A stretch of DNA of 64,000 bases, taken from the NCBI GenBank assembly GCA_018817315.1, contig JAHITV010000018.1:12012-76011 (forward strand), read 5' to 3'. The position numbers were made by a program, and so were the translations under genes. This document shows positions 9,847 to 19,013 of this stretch, in pieces. The notes under the pieces were generated by a model. That model ran no database searches. It saw only the letters and a list, made by a program, of their open reading frames with translations, and was not told the DNA's origin. Origin of the DNA: Patescibacteria group bacterium (GTDB lineage: Bacteria; Patescibacteriota; Patescibacteriia; UBA1558; UBA10009). Position 1 is the stretch's first letter, and each line of letters begins with the position of its first letter.

Positions 9847-10488
9847 ATGTTAGGAATTTCTCACTTTACAGATTTTATTATTCATTTAGATGATTATCTA
9901 CTTTTAATTGTTAATGATTATGGTTTTTTGACTTATCTGATTCTTTGGTTAATCATTTTTTGCGAGACAGGTTTAGTCTTAACACCATTTTTACCAGGTG
10001 ATTCTTTATTATTTGTGGTAGGAACTTTAGCTGCCATGGGTTTATTAAAAGTGGGATTATTGTTCGGTCTTTTGTTTTTAGCCGCAGTTGTGGGAGATAC
10101 AGTAAATTATTGGTTGGGTCATTTTATTGGGCCAAAAATATTCAATAAAGAAGATTCTCGTTTATTTAATAAGAAATATCTTGAGCGCGCTTTTCGTTTC
10201 TATCAAAAATATGGCGGTCAGACTATTGTTTTAGCCAGGTTCGTGCCTTTTCTTCGGACTTTTGTGCCTTTTGTAGCAGGTATGGCCAGAATGAATTATT
10301 GGCTGTTTATTGTTTATAATATTTTAGGCGGTTTTTTGTGGGTGGGAATTTTTATTTTTGGCGGATATTTTTTCGGTAATCTGCCTTTTGTCAAAGATAA
10401 CTTTACTTTATTCATCTTGGGGATTATTTTTGTCACTTTAATACCGCCAGTTTTTAGACTTATAAAAAAACCCAAGAGATCAGAATGA
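9847..10488 (+). CDS. dedA: DedA family membrane protein
   Basis: ETGLV..PFLPGDSLLF, ARFVPFLRTFVPFVAG. Confidence 0.92.
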   Translation: MLGISHFTDFIIHLDDYLLLIVNDYGFLTYLILWLIIFCETGLVLTPFLPGDSLLFVVGTLAAMGLLKVGLLFGLLFLAAVVGDTVNYWLGHFIGPKIFNKEDSRLFNKKYLERAFRFYQKYGGQTIVLARFVPFLRTFVPFVAGMARMNYWLFIVYNILGGFLWVGIFIFGGYFFGNLPFVKDNFTLFILGIIFVTLIPPVFRLIKKPKRSE

Positions 10489-10501
10489 ATTTTATTAATC
10501 T

Positions 10502-10533
10502 AAAACACAGTCAAATTCTTAACTGTGTTTTTT
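10502..10533. terminator. Bidirectional terminator between convergent genes
   Basis: AAAACACAGT..ACTGTGTTTTTT. Confidence 0.6.
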
Positions 10534-10542
10534 AGTAGTCTA

Positions 10543-11181
10543 TTATTTTATTAAGTGTTTTGTATAACCTATTTTTACAAGTTGTTTATAAGCATCCCAG
10601 ACATCATCCGGTATTTCTTGAGATATTTGAAAACCTCTTGAGGGATATATTTTAAGACGTTGCAAGTCTCCCACTATAATATTAATTACGTCTTTTTTAG
10701 AAATTTCTTTGGTAGGATATTCTTCAAATGATATTTGAGGAGAAGTTATTATAATTTTTTTATTTGGCCAGACCTTTTTAAAGGTTGCATAAGTTCTCCT
10801 TTCCATATACGGTTTTTGAACCACAATTATTTTCTTTGTTTTAATATGATGTTTGGCTAAAAGTTCTCTGGTAAATTTTATATTTTCTCCTGTATTAGTA
10901 GACTTATTTTCTATAAGTATTTTATTTTTCGGAATACCCATATTTATTGCGATCTGAGCGAATTTATCAGCTTCTGGCTCATGCCAAGTATTTTCTGTGA
11001 GATTTCCTAATCCACCAGAAAAAATAAGTAAGGGTGCATATTTGTCTAGAAATAATTGTGCACCTTTTTCAGCTACTCGCAGATCATGACTGCCTAGAGC
11101 CAAAATGCAATCAGCTTTTTCTAGTTTATGATTTAAATGATGATAATCCCAAATCAATTGAGCAAGTTGATCAGTTTTCAT
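10543..11181 (-). CDS. YdcF/ElyC (DUF218) family protein
   Basis: IFSGGLG, EAD.FA, IENKSTNTGEN, KPYMERR. Confidence 0.88.
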   Translation of the reverse strand: MKTDQLAQLIWDYHHLNHKLEKADCILALGSHDLRVAEKGAQLFLDKYAPLLIFSGGLGNLTENTWHEPEADKFAQIAINMGIPKNKILIENKSTNTGENIKFTRELLAKHHIKTKKIIVVQKPYMERRTYATFKKVWPNKKIIITSPQISFEEYPTKEISKKDVINIIVGDLQRLKIYPSRGFQISQEIPDDVWDAYKQLVKIGYTKHLIK

Positions 11182-11200
11182 ATTAAAATAAATTTGTGAT

Positions 11201-11435
11201 TGGTACCCCCGCTAGGATTTGAACCTAGAACCTTCTGGTCCGACCCCGCACCAATAATTTTTTATTTTATAATTTCTTTTGGTGTCCCTGGGAGGATTCG
11301 AACCTCCAATTACGGGTCCGAAGCCCGTTGTGATATCCATTTCACCACAGGGACAGCAAGAGAGATTATAAGATTAGAATTTAGATTAATAAATAACGAG
11401 ATTGGTGCGGGGCTATCCAATTGAGCTACGAGGGC
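11201..11435 (-). pseudogene. Interrupted outer tRNA-Arg-like gene (5' part 11413-11435, 3' part 11201-11243)
   Basis: Minus strand reads GCCCTCG TA GCTCAATTGGATAG | insert | TCG GA CCAGA AGGTT CTAGG TTCAAAT CCTAG CGGGGGT A CCA. The acceptor strands pair (2 GU). The 5' anticodon-stem strand is absent. Confidence 0.75.
11280..11354 (-). tRNA. tRNA-Arg(TCG), CCA encoded
   Basis: GTCCCTG TG GTGA AATGGATA TCAC A ACGGG CT TCG GA CCCGT AATT GGAGG TTCGAAT CCTCC CAGGGAC ACCA forms a full cloverleaf. Confidence 0.93.
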
Positions 11436-11463
11436 AGGCGATGGAAAACTAAGACGGTTAAAA

Positions 11464-12849
11464 TTAGCGAATGTATTGTAAAGGATCAGTCTTTACCCCA
11501 TTAATTCTAACTTCAAAATGCAGATGCGGTCCGGTGGAATATCCAGTAGAGCCAATAGCAGCAATAACCTGACCACGGCTAACTGCTTCTCCTACTTTAA
11601 CTAAAATTCTGGAGGCATGAGCATACAAAGTTTTTAAACCCCCTCCATGATTAATAATAACAAAATAGCCGTATCCTCCGCTGCTCCAGCCAGCTTGTTC
11701 TACTCGGCCAGACTCTGCCGCATAAATTGGTTGACCTGTTTTATTGCCGATATCTAAACCAGCATGTCGCCAACGAAAGTATTGAGTAATGCGGCGAGAA
11801 TTAGTAGGCCATTGTAATTTAGAACCACTTTGAACTGATGGAGTAAAAATATTTATAATAGAAGGAGCTTTTGTGACAGTGGCGGTATAGGCAACTGGTT
11901 TGACTCCTTCAGGAATAATAATAGATTGACCAGCTTGAATATCAGTGGCAGAAGCTAGTTTATTGAATTCAATAATTTTTTCTACGTCTGCCTGGTAGGT
12001 CTTGGCGATTTTTTGTAAAGTATCTCCTGATTTAATTTTATGACTAATACCACTGATTGGTAAAATTTTTAGAGTTTGTCCGGGTTTAATAGTGGAGTAA
12101 TAAGATAAATTATTTTCCCAGAGCATGCTTACCACACTGATATTAAAATTTTTGGCAATAGTAGAAATAGTGTCACCACTTTCAACGGTGTAATTAATTA
12201 CTTTATCCCTTTTTTTAGTAATAGCTTCGGGATCGGTGATTTCCGGAGAAATAAGAGCTGATTCATCTTGGGTGGTAGCAACCAATGAATCAATTTTTTC
12301 TTCCACGGTTGCAGCCGGCGACTCTTCGGTTAAAGCTTCTTCAGCAAGATAAGAAACCGGAGACAATTCTTCGGACAAAGGCCCTTCTTCTATTTCACTT
12401 TCTAAATCTTCATCAGTAAAATATTCACCCACATTAGTGATTTTATAAAGAATATTTTTTTGTCCGTATTTTTCGGGATGTATTGGCTTGGCCTGTAAAT
12501 TATTGATTACTCCTAATAAACCGATTAAAACAATTATTATTAAGGGTAAATAATAGCTGTGATTTTTGGAAGCATCTTGATTTTTGGAAGCAAAGCTAGC
12601 TATTATTTTTTTTAGCTGACGGTTTAATTTGTAAGCCGGCAAAAAAACAGTATAAAAAGTGATTTTATATAAGATGAAACACGGCCAAAGTAAAATTTTC
12701 CCTATTAAAAGCAAAGGTTTTTTAAATTTGCTTGTAATTTTCAATACTTTTAATAGGGTGACTAGGAGTTTTTGTTTAAATTCTGAAGAAATATATTTTT
12801 CGTTAAATTTTATGTTTAATAAAATAACATAATTACTATCTTTGGTCAA
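11464..12849 (-). CDS. Membrane-anchored LysM x2 + M23 peptidase (start uncertain)
   Basis: YTVESGDT and HKIKSGDT LysM repeats; HAGLD and STGPHLHFE M23 motifs. Confidence 0.92.
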   Translation of the reverse strand: MTKDSNYVILLNIKFNEKYISSEFKQKLLVTLLKVLKITSKFKKPLLLIGKILLWPCFILYKITFYTVFLPAYKLNRQLKKIIASFASKNQDASKNHSYYLPLIIIVLIGLLGVINNLQAKPIHPEKYGQKNILYKITNVGEYFTDEDLESEIEEGPLSEELSPVSYLAEEALTEESPAATVEEKIDSLVATTQDESALISPEITDPEAITKKRDKVINYTVESGDTISTIAKNFNISVVSMLWENNLSYYSTIKPGQTLKILPISGISHKIKSGDTLQKIAKTYQADVEKIIEFNKLASATDIQAGQSIIIPEGVKPVAYTATVTKAPSIINIFTPSVQSGSKLQWPTNSRRITQYFRWRHAGLDIGNKTGQPIYAAESGRVEQAGWSSGGYGYFVIINHGGGLKTLYAHASRILVKVGEAVSRGQVIAAIGSTGYSTGPHLHFEVRINGVKTDPLQYIR

Positions 12850-12916
12850 AGTTTTTACTTGTAAAGTAAGGTAAATTAGTCTAAAATAAAACTTATCTTA
12901 AAGATATATATTTTTT

Positions 12917-15370
12917 ATGACAACTTATTATAATCATAAAAAAATTGAAGGTAAATGGCAACAAAAATGGGAACAACAGCCGCTTAATCAGGCCGTTGAT
13001 TTTTCTAAAAATTTCAAGAAGTATGTCTTGGATATGTTTCCTTATCCTTCGGGCGAAGGTTTGCATGTTGGTCATCCAGAAGGTTACACCGCTACTGATA
13101 TTTATTCCAGGTATTTGAGAATGAACGGTTTTAATGTTTTGCATCCTATTGGTTGGGACGCTTTTGGTCTGCCGGCGGAAAATTATGCCATCCAGCAAAA
13201 AGTTCATCCGCAAAAGTCAACAAAAAAGAATATTGAATATTTTCGTCAGCAAATAAAATCCCTGGGTTTTTCTTATGATTGGTCCAGGGAAATAAATACC
13301 TCTGATCCTGATTATTATTGTTGGACGCAATGGCTTTTTTTACAGCTTTATAAAAAAGATTTGGCTTATAAAAAGAAAGCGCCGGTTAATTGGTGCAAGG
13401 ATTGTAAAACGGTTTTAGCCAATGAACAGGTAATTGATGGCAAGTGCGAACGTTGCAATCATCAGGTAATACAGAAAGATTTAGAACAGTGGTTTTTTAA
13501 AATTACAGCATACGCCGAAGAACTTTTAAAAGAGATTGACAAATTAGACTGGTCACAGGCTTTAAAAAATGCTCAAAAAAATTGGATCGGAAGATCAGAA
13601 GGAGCTCTTATTAAATTCCAAGTTTCAAATTCAAAACGAATCATTGAAGTTTTTACCACTCGTCCTGATACTTTGTTTGGTGCAACTTATATGGTGCTGG
13701 CGCCTGAACATCAGTTAATCCAAGAATTAAAGGAGAAAATTACTAACTGGCCAGAAGTTGAAAAATATATCAAGCAAGCACGGAATAAAAATCAAATGGA
13801 ACGGACAGATTTAGCTAAAGAAAAAACAGGCGTGGAATTAAAAGGCATTAAAGCAATTAATCCTGCCACTAAAAAAGAAATTCCTATTTGGCTTGCCGAT
13901 TATGTTTTAACTAGTTATGGCACTGGTGCGATTATGGCTGTGCCAGCGCATGATCAGAGAGATTGGGAGTTTGCTGATAAGTATCATTTAAATAAGAAGG
14001 TAGTTGTATATAACCCTAATTATATTAAAGATGAATATATTGAAAATGGAGGATTTTTACCCCAGGCAATGGAAGAAGAGGGAGAAGTAATTAATTCTAA
14101 TGGTTGTGGAGATTTTGCTATGGATGGATGGCCTACTGAAAAAGCAATTAAAGAGGTAATTAGTATTTTAGAAAGAAAAAAATTAGGTAAAGCTCAAACG
14201 CAATATAAAATACGCGATTGGCTGGTCAGTCGTCAACGTTATTGGGGTGCGCCAATTCCTATTATATATTGTGATAAATGTGGTGTTGTTCCAGTTCCAG
14301 AAAAAGACTTGCCAGTGTTACTGCCAGATGATGTGGATTTTAAACCGACTGGAGAATCACCTTTAGTCCGTTCAAAAAAATTCCATCAGGTTAAATGTCC
14401 AAAGTGCGGCAGTGCTGCCAGACGTGAGTCAGATACGATGGATACTTTTGTTTGTTCGGCTTGGTATTTTTTAAGATTTTGCGATCCGCAAAATAGCAAG
14501 GAAATTTTTAATCAGAAAAAAATAAAATATTGGCTGCCAGTTAATTTATATGTCGGCGGAATGGAGCATGCGGTTGGTCATCTTATTTATGCGCGGTTTA
14601 TTACCAAAGCTTTAAGAGATGCAGGTTTTTTAAATTTTAGCGAACCCTTTTTAAAAATCAGAAACCAGGGGATTATTCTGGCAGAAGACGGCCGTAAAAT
14701 GAGCAAGCGCTGGAAAAACGTCATTAATCCCGATAAAGTTGTTGAGGAATACGGCGCAGATACCATGAGAATGTATGAAATGTTTATGGGACCTTTAGAA
14801 GATCATAAACCTTGGGACAGTAAAAATATTATGGGAATTAGAAGATTTTTGGAAAAAGTTTATAAACTGATTAATTTCTTTAAATCACCTTCATCATCCG
14901 CTGATGAAAAAACAGAACGTTTATTAAATAAAACCATAAAAAAAGTTACGGCAGATATAGAAGAGCTAAAATTTAACACAGCTATTTCCGCGATGATGGA
15001 ATTAGTAAATTATTTTACTTCTCCTCAGCAAAAGTTGACTGCCAAACAATTGGAAACATTGGTAAAATTGTTAGCGCCCTTTGCGCCTCATTTAGCTGAA
15101 GAATTATGGCAAAAATTAGGCCATAAAAGATCAATCTTTAAAGAAAGCTGGCCTAAGTTTGATCCTAAATTAGTTATTGATGAAAAAGTAACTGTTGTTA
15201 TTCAAGTTAACGGAAAACTTAGAGCAACTATACAGGTTAAAAGAGGTGTAGGTGAAAAAGAACTAAAAGAATTAGTTAATAAGCAAGCACAAATTAAAAA
15301 ACATCTTAAAGGCAAGGAAATTAAAAAGTTTATTTACATCAAAGATAAACTTGTTAATTTAGTTATTTGA
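12917..15370 (+). CDS. leuS: Leucine--tRNA ligase
   Basis: MFPYPSGEGLHVGH, TTRPDT editing domain, SRQRYWG, KMSKR. Confidence 0.97.
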   Translation: MTTYYNHKKIEGKWQQKWEQQPLNQAVDFSKNFKKYVLDMFPYPSGEGLHVGHPEGYTATDIYSRYLRMNGFNVLHPIGWDAFGLPAENYAIQQKVHPQKSTKKNIEYFRQQIKSLGFSYDWSREINTSDPDYYCWTQWLFLQLYKKDLAYKKKAPVNWCKDCKTVLANEQVIDGKCERCNHQVIQKDLEQWFFKITAYAEELLKEIDKLDWSQALKNAQKNWIGRSEGALIKFQVSNSKRIIEVFTTRPDTLFGATYMVLAPEHQLIQELKEKITNWPEVEKYIKQARNKNQMERTDLAKEKTGVELKGIKAINPATKKEIPIWLADYVLTSYGTGAIMAVPAHDQRDWEFADKYHLNKKVVVYNPNYIKDEYIENGGFLPQAMEEEGEVINSNGCGDFAMDGWPTEKAIKEVISILERKKLGKAQTQYKIRDWLVSRQRYWGAPIPIIYCDKCGVVPVPEKDLPVLLPDDVDFKPTGESPLVRSKKFHQVKCPKCGSAARRESDTMDTFVCSAWYFLRFCDPQNSKEIFNQKKIKYWLPVNLYVGGMEHAVGHLIYARFITKALRDAGFLNFSEPFLKIRNQGIILAEDGRKMSKRWKNVINPDKVVEEYGADTMRMYEMFMGPLEDHKPWDSKNIMGIRRFLEKVYKLINFFKSPSSSADEKTERLLNKTIKKVTADIEELKFNTAISAMMELVNYFTSPQQKLTAKQLETLVKLLAPFAPHLAEELWQKLGHKRSIFKESWPKFDPKLVIDEKVTVVIQVNGKLRATIQVKRGVGEKELKELVNKQAQIKKHLKGKEIKKFIYIKDKLVNLVI

Positions 15371-15377
15371 TTTTTTA

Positions 15378-16571
15378 ATGTCAATAATTTCTCGTTATCA
15401 TCAAAAGAATATCTTACCACCCGGTTTAGCTTCTTTATATACTTCACGTACAATTGTTTTGATTGCCATGGGTTTTACGGGGTTGTTTTACCCAATTTTT
15501 TTATTACTCAATTTTCATAGTTTAGAAAAAACTATCATTTGGTATTTAGTCACCTGGGCTCTTTATGTATTTTCAGTGGCCCTGGGGGTTAAAATGATAA
15601 ATTATATTGGCATAAAGAATTCTATAATTGCTTCTTTACCATTTTTAGCTTTGTTTTATTTTGCTTCTTATAATTTTTCCAATAATCTTTTGTTTTGGGT
15701 TGTTATTGCTGCCTTGGCATTAACTTTTTATCGCATGCTTTTTTGGGTTCCTTTTCATACGGACTTTACAAAATTTTCACAAAAAAAAATTAGAGGTAGG
15801 CAAATCGGTTTGTTGGGTTCCATTTCTTCAATTTTAGGAATTATTATTCCGGTTATTTCTGGTTTTTTAATTAAAAACTATGGTTTTGATTTTGTTTTTG
15901 TGATTGTAATAATTTTAATTTTTGTGGCTATTATTCCTTTAATTTTTTTACCCAAGGTTAAAGAAAAATTCAGTTGGAGTTATTTAAAAACCTGGAAAGA
16001 ATATTTTGCTCACAAAAACCGTAAAATGATGGTGGCTTATATGGCTGATGGAGCGGAAAATTGGATTGGCGGAGTGTTATGGCCGATTTTTATTTGGCAA
16101 TTATTAAACGGTGAATTTTTAACCGTTGGTCTATTAAGTTCCGTTATTACTTTTGTAGCTGTGATTTTAAAATTAATTATTGGAGACTACACGGATCGTT
16201 TTGATAAAAGGAAACTGGTGGGTTGGGGTTCAATTTTATATTCAGTTGGCTGGATTGTTAAAATATTTATCACCACGGCAGTGCAAATATTCTTTGCTTC
16301 AACTTATCATAATTTCGCTATGGTGATTTTAAGAACTCCCTTTAGCGCTTTGGTTTATGAAAAAATGGCGGATAGCGGTCATTACGTTGATGAATATTCA
16401 ACATTAAGAGAAATGTATTTACATAGCGGACGTATTATAGTTATTGTGATTGTATTATTTCTATTAAACTATTTATCACTAAATTTCATCTTTATTTTAG
16501 CGGCTTTTGCTTCTTTATTTGTTAATTTATTACCTAAGCAGGGTTTATATGAAAAAACGGGAATTAAGTAA
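15378..16571 (+). CDS. MFS transporter
   Basis: About 12 hydrophobic segments; 'IGDYTDRFDKRK' resembles MFS motif A. Confidence 0.8.
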   Translation: MSIISRYHQKNILPPGLASLYTSRTIVLIAMGFTGLFYPIFLLLNFHSLEKTIIWYLVTWALYVFSVALGVKMINYIGIKNSIIASLPFLALFYFASYNFSNNLLFWVVIAALALTFYRMLFWVPFHTDFTKFSQKKIRGRQIGLLGSISSILGIIIPVISGFLIKNYGFDFVFVIVIILIFVAIIPLIFLPKVKEKFSWSYLKTWKEYFAHKNRKMMVAYMADGAENWIGGVLWPIFIWQLLNGEFLTVGLLSSVITFVAVILKLIIGDYTDRFDKRKLVGWGSILYSVGWIVKIFITTAVQIFFASTYHNFAMVILRTPFSALVYEKMADSGHYVDEYSTLREMYLHSGRIIVIVIVLFLLNYLSLNFIFILAAFASLFVNLLPKQGLYEKTGIK

Positions 16572-17178
16572 ATCAGCCGAAAGTTTTATCGTAAATGAGG
16601 CAGTCAAAATATTAAAGAAAGGCAAAATAATTGTTTATCCCACAGAAACAGCTTATGGACTGGGAGCTGATTTTTCTAATCCCCAAGCCCTAAAGAAAAT
16701 TTATCAGATTAAAGGCAGAAGTTTTAAAAAACCACTGTCAATTATAGTAAGTGATTTTAAGATGGCTAAAAAATTAATTAAGTTTGATAAATTTTCTTTA
16801 AAACTTGCCAAAAAATATTGGCCAGGACCTTTAACTTTAGTTTTAGAGCCCACCAAAGTCATAGAAAAGTTTCAGCAAAAAGGTCAATTACCTCAAAATT
16901 CGATTGCTTTGAGAATTTCTTCCAATCAACTGATTACTAAAATAGTTAAAAAATTAGGCCGACCAGTTACGGCTACTAGCGCTAACTTTGCTGATCAAAA
17001 AGAATGTTATACTGCAAGAAAAGTTTTAAAAAGTTTTAAGAATAAAAAATATCAACCAGATTTAATTATTGATGCAGGTGTATTGCCTAGACGAAAAACT
17101 TCAACTATTGTTAATGTTATAGATAGTCAGATAAAAGTTTTAAGAAAAGGCACGATAAAATTAAATCCTAAATTCTAA
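16549..17178 (+). CDS. tsaC: Threonylcarbamoyl-AMP synthase (TsaC/Sua5)
   Basis: YPTETAYGLGAD, KGR..KPL, WPGPLT, TATSAN. Start placed at ATG 16549. Confidence 0.92.
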   Translation: MKKRELSKSAESFIVNEAVKILKKGKIIVYPTETAYGLGADFSNPQALKKIYQIKGRSFKKPLSIIVSDFKMAKKLIKFDKFSLKLAKKYWPGPLTLVLEPTKVIEKFQQKGQLPQNSIALRISSNQLITKIVKKLGRPVTATSANFADQKECYTARKVLKSFKNKKYQPDLIIDAGVLPRRKTSTIVNVIDSQIKVLRKGTIKLNPKF

Positions 17179-17280
17179 GTACTAAATACCGTTCGGTTTG
17201 TCTCGATGCCGACTCAACACGGAGGCGAGCTCACGGCCGAATGGGTATTAGGATTTAGAAATTAGAATTTAGTATTTATC
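17161..17280. repeat. Inverted 7-bp-periodic arrays enclosing a GC-rich hairpin
   Basis: taaatcc taaattc taagtac taaatac ... gtattag gatttag aaattag aatttag tattta. Confidence 0.65.
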
Positions 17281-17284
17281 CTTT

Positions 17285-18142
17285 ATGGATTTATTAAAAC
17301 AAACCAAATTTTTAATAAAAAAAACAGGACTAAAACCGGATAAATTAAAGGGGCAGAATTTTTGTATTGAGCAAAAAGTGATTGAGGAGATGATTAAGGC
17401 AGCTAACATTTCCCCTCAAGATACAATCATAGAAGTCGGTCCGGGTTTTGGTTTTTTAACCGACAAGTTATGTAATAAAACTAAAGAGGTTATAGCAGTG
17501 GAGCTGGATAAAAAGTTATTTAAGATAGTAAAAAATTTAGAAAAATTTTATAATAACCTGCAGGCCATTGAAGGGGATATCCTAAAATTAAAGATGGAGA
17601 ATTTGTTATCAAGAAAAAGAACAGTTGAAAAATTTCAAAATTATAAAATTGTAGCTAATCTTCCTTATGCTATCTCTTCAGTTTTTTTAAAAAAATTTTT
17701 AACCAGCGATTTTAAACCTCAAGCCATGACTTTGTTATTACAAAAGGAAGTGGCTCAAAGAATTTGCGCTGCCCCTGGAAAAATGAGTCTGCTGGCTTTA
17801 TCAATTCAGCTTTATAGTAAACCTGTTTTGATTAAAATAATATCCAAGGAAAGTTTTTGGCCTGTGCCTCAAGTAGATTCAGCAATCTTAAGGATAGAAA
17901 AGATTCACGCCTTTCCTTTTGCCAAAGAAGTGCCGGAAAAAGTATTTTGGCAGGTAATAAGATCCGGTTTTTGCAGTAAACGCAAACAGCTACATAATAA
18001 TTTAAAGAACAGCTTGCATTTAAATACTGATCAGCTGGACAAAGTCTTTTCCCAAAGTCAATTAAATGAAAAAATTAGGGCTCAAGAACTCTCTCTTAAA
18101 GATTGGTTAAAGTTAGCTAAAAGCTATAATAGACTTTGTTGA
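17285..18142 (+). CDS. rsmA: 16S rRNA dimethyltransferase RsmA/KsgA
   Basis: GQNF, IEVGPGFG, VANLPY, QKEVA, PVPQVDS. Confidence 0.95.
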   Translation: MDLLKQTKFLIKKTGLKPDKLKGQNFCIEQKVIEEMIKAANISPQDTIIEVGPGFGFLTDKLCNKTKEVIAVELDKKLFKIVKNLEKFYNNLQAIEGDILKLKMENLLSRKRTVEKFQNYKIVANLPYAISSVFLKKFLTSDFKPQAMTLLLQKEVAQRICAAPGKMSLLALSIQLYSKPVLIKIISKESFWPVPQVDSAILRIEKIHAFPFAKEVPEKVFWQVIRSGFCSKRKQLHNNLKNSLHLNTDQLDKVFSQSQLNEKIRAQELSLKDWLKLAKSYNRLC

Positions 18143-18167
18143 CGATAAGAAGCAGTCGTGATATAAT
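18139..18167 (+). promoter_or_regulatory. Strong sigma70 promoter for the surface-protein cluster
   Basis: TTGACG-17 bp-TATAAT, with TG at -15/-14. Confidence 0.75.
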
Positions 18168-18199
18168 TTAGTAAGATTTTTATTATTATTTTGGTGAAT

Positions 18200-18997
18200 A
18201 TGCCTAATGAATTTTTACCAGAAGATGATATCTTACTAAATGATAATGAAGTTCAGTCAGATTCAAAAGATAAAAATAAAAGCTTGTCCGGAAAACCCGT
18301 GGGCTTGCTGATTTTGCTTTCAGTTTTGGTAATTGTGGCTTTAATAGTAACAGCCCGTCAATGGGTGCAGAATTTAAAACTTCCTTTTTTAGTTCCTCAA
18401 ACTCAAAGAACCGACAATATCAATATTCTTACTGATAATGATTTAAGTAATTTTTTAGTTCTTCAGGCAAAGGACACTGATAATGATACTTTATCAGACT
18501 ATGATGAACTTTATTTATATTATACTTCACCTTATCTAGAAGATTCTGATTCTGATGGTTTAAATGATGCCGAAGAAATAAAAAATAATACTGATCCTAA
18601 TTGTCCTAAAGGTTCCCAATGTTCTACTGCTGTTGGTCAAACTACACCATCTTCACCGACTTCCCAGTTAAACCTGGAAAGTATAGCTCATTTAACCTCT
18701 GATCAGCTAAGATCATTGTTAATCCAACAAGGAATGTCTGCCGAAGAAGTTGATCAGCTTGATGAGGAAACGTTGCGCAGGACTTTTTTGGAAAACGTTA
18801 ATGATATTTCACCAACTGGCAGCGATTTTTCTTATTTACTTTCCGGCACTGATGTTAATTTAACCCCCGACCAATTAAGACAGCTGTTAATTGGTCAAGG
18901 GGTAAATAAAGAAGAAGTGGATAAATTATCCGATGAAGAATTATCAATTATCTGGCAGCAAGCGCTTGAACAGTTTGAACAAGATAACAACCCTTAA
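18200..18997 (+). CDS. Membrane-anchored protein with TSP3-like Ca-binding DxDxD repeats and a duplicated helical motif
   Basis: TM; DTDNDTLSD and DSDSDGLND; LTSDQLRSLLIQQG / LTPDQLRQLLIGQG. Confidence 0.65.
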   Translation: MPNEFLPEDDILLNDNEVQSDSKDKNKSLSGKPVGLLILLSVLVIVALIVTARQWVQNLKLPFLVPQTQRTDNINILTDNDLSNFLVLQAKDTDNDTLSDYDELYLYYTSPYLEDSDSDGLNDAEEIKNNTDPNCPKGSQCSTAVGQTTPSSPTSQLNLESIAHLTSDQLRSLLIQQGMSAEEVDQLDEETLRRTFLENVNDISPTGSDFSYLLSGTDVNLTPDQLRQLLIGQGVNKEEVDKLSDEELSIIWQQALEQFEQDNNP

Positions 18998-19013
18998 GTT
19001 TTAAACTAAGTCA

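Noticed and set aside
11244-11412. Group I intron or archaeal-type BHB intron in tRNA-Arg
   Set aside because: No group I core motifs or clear BHB were seen, and precise removal would not restore the missing anticodon-stem strand.
11200-11424. 74-aa ORF on the + strand
   Set aside because: It is the antisense translation of tRNA sequences.
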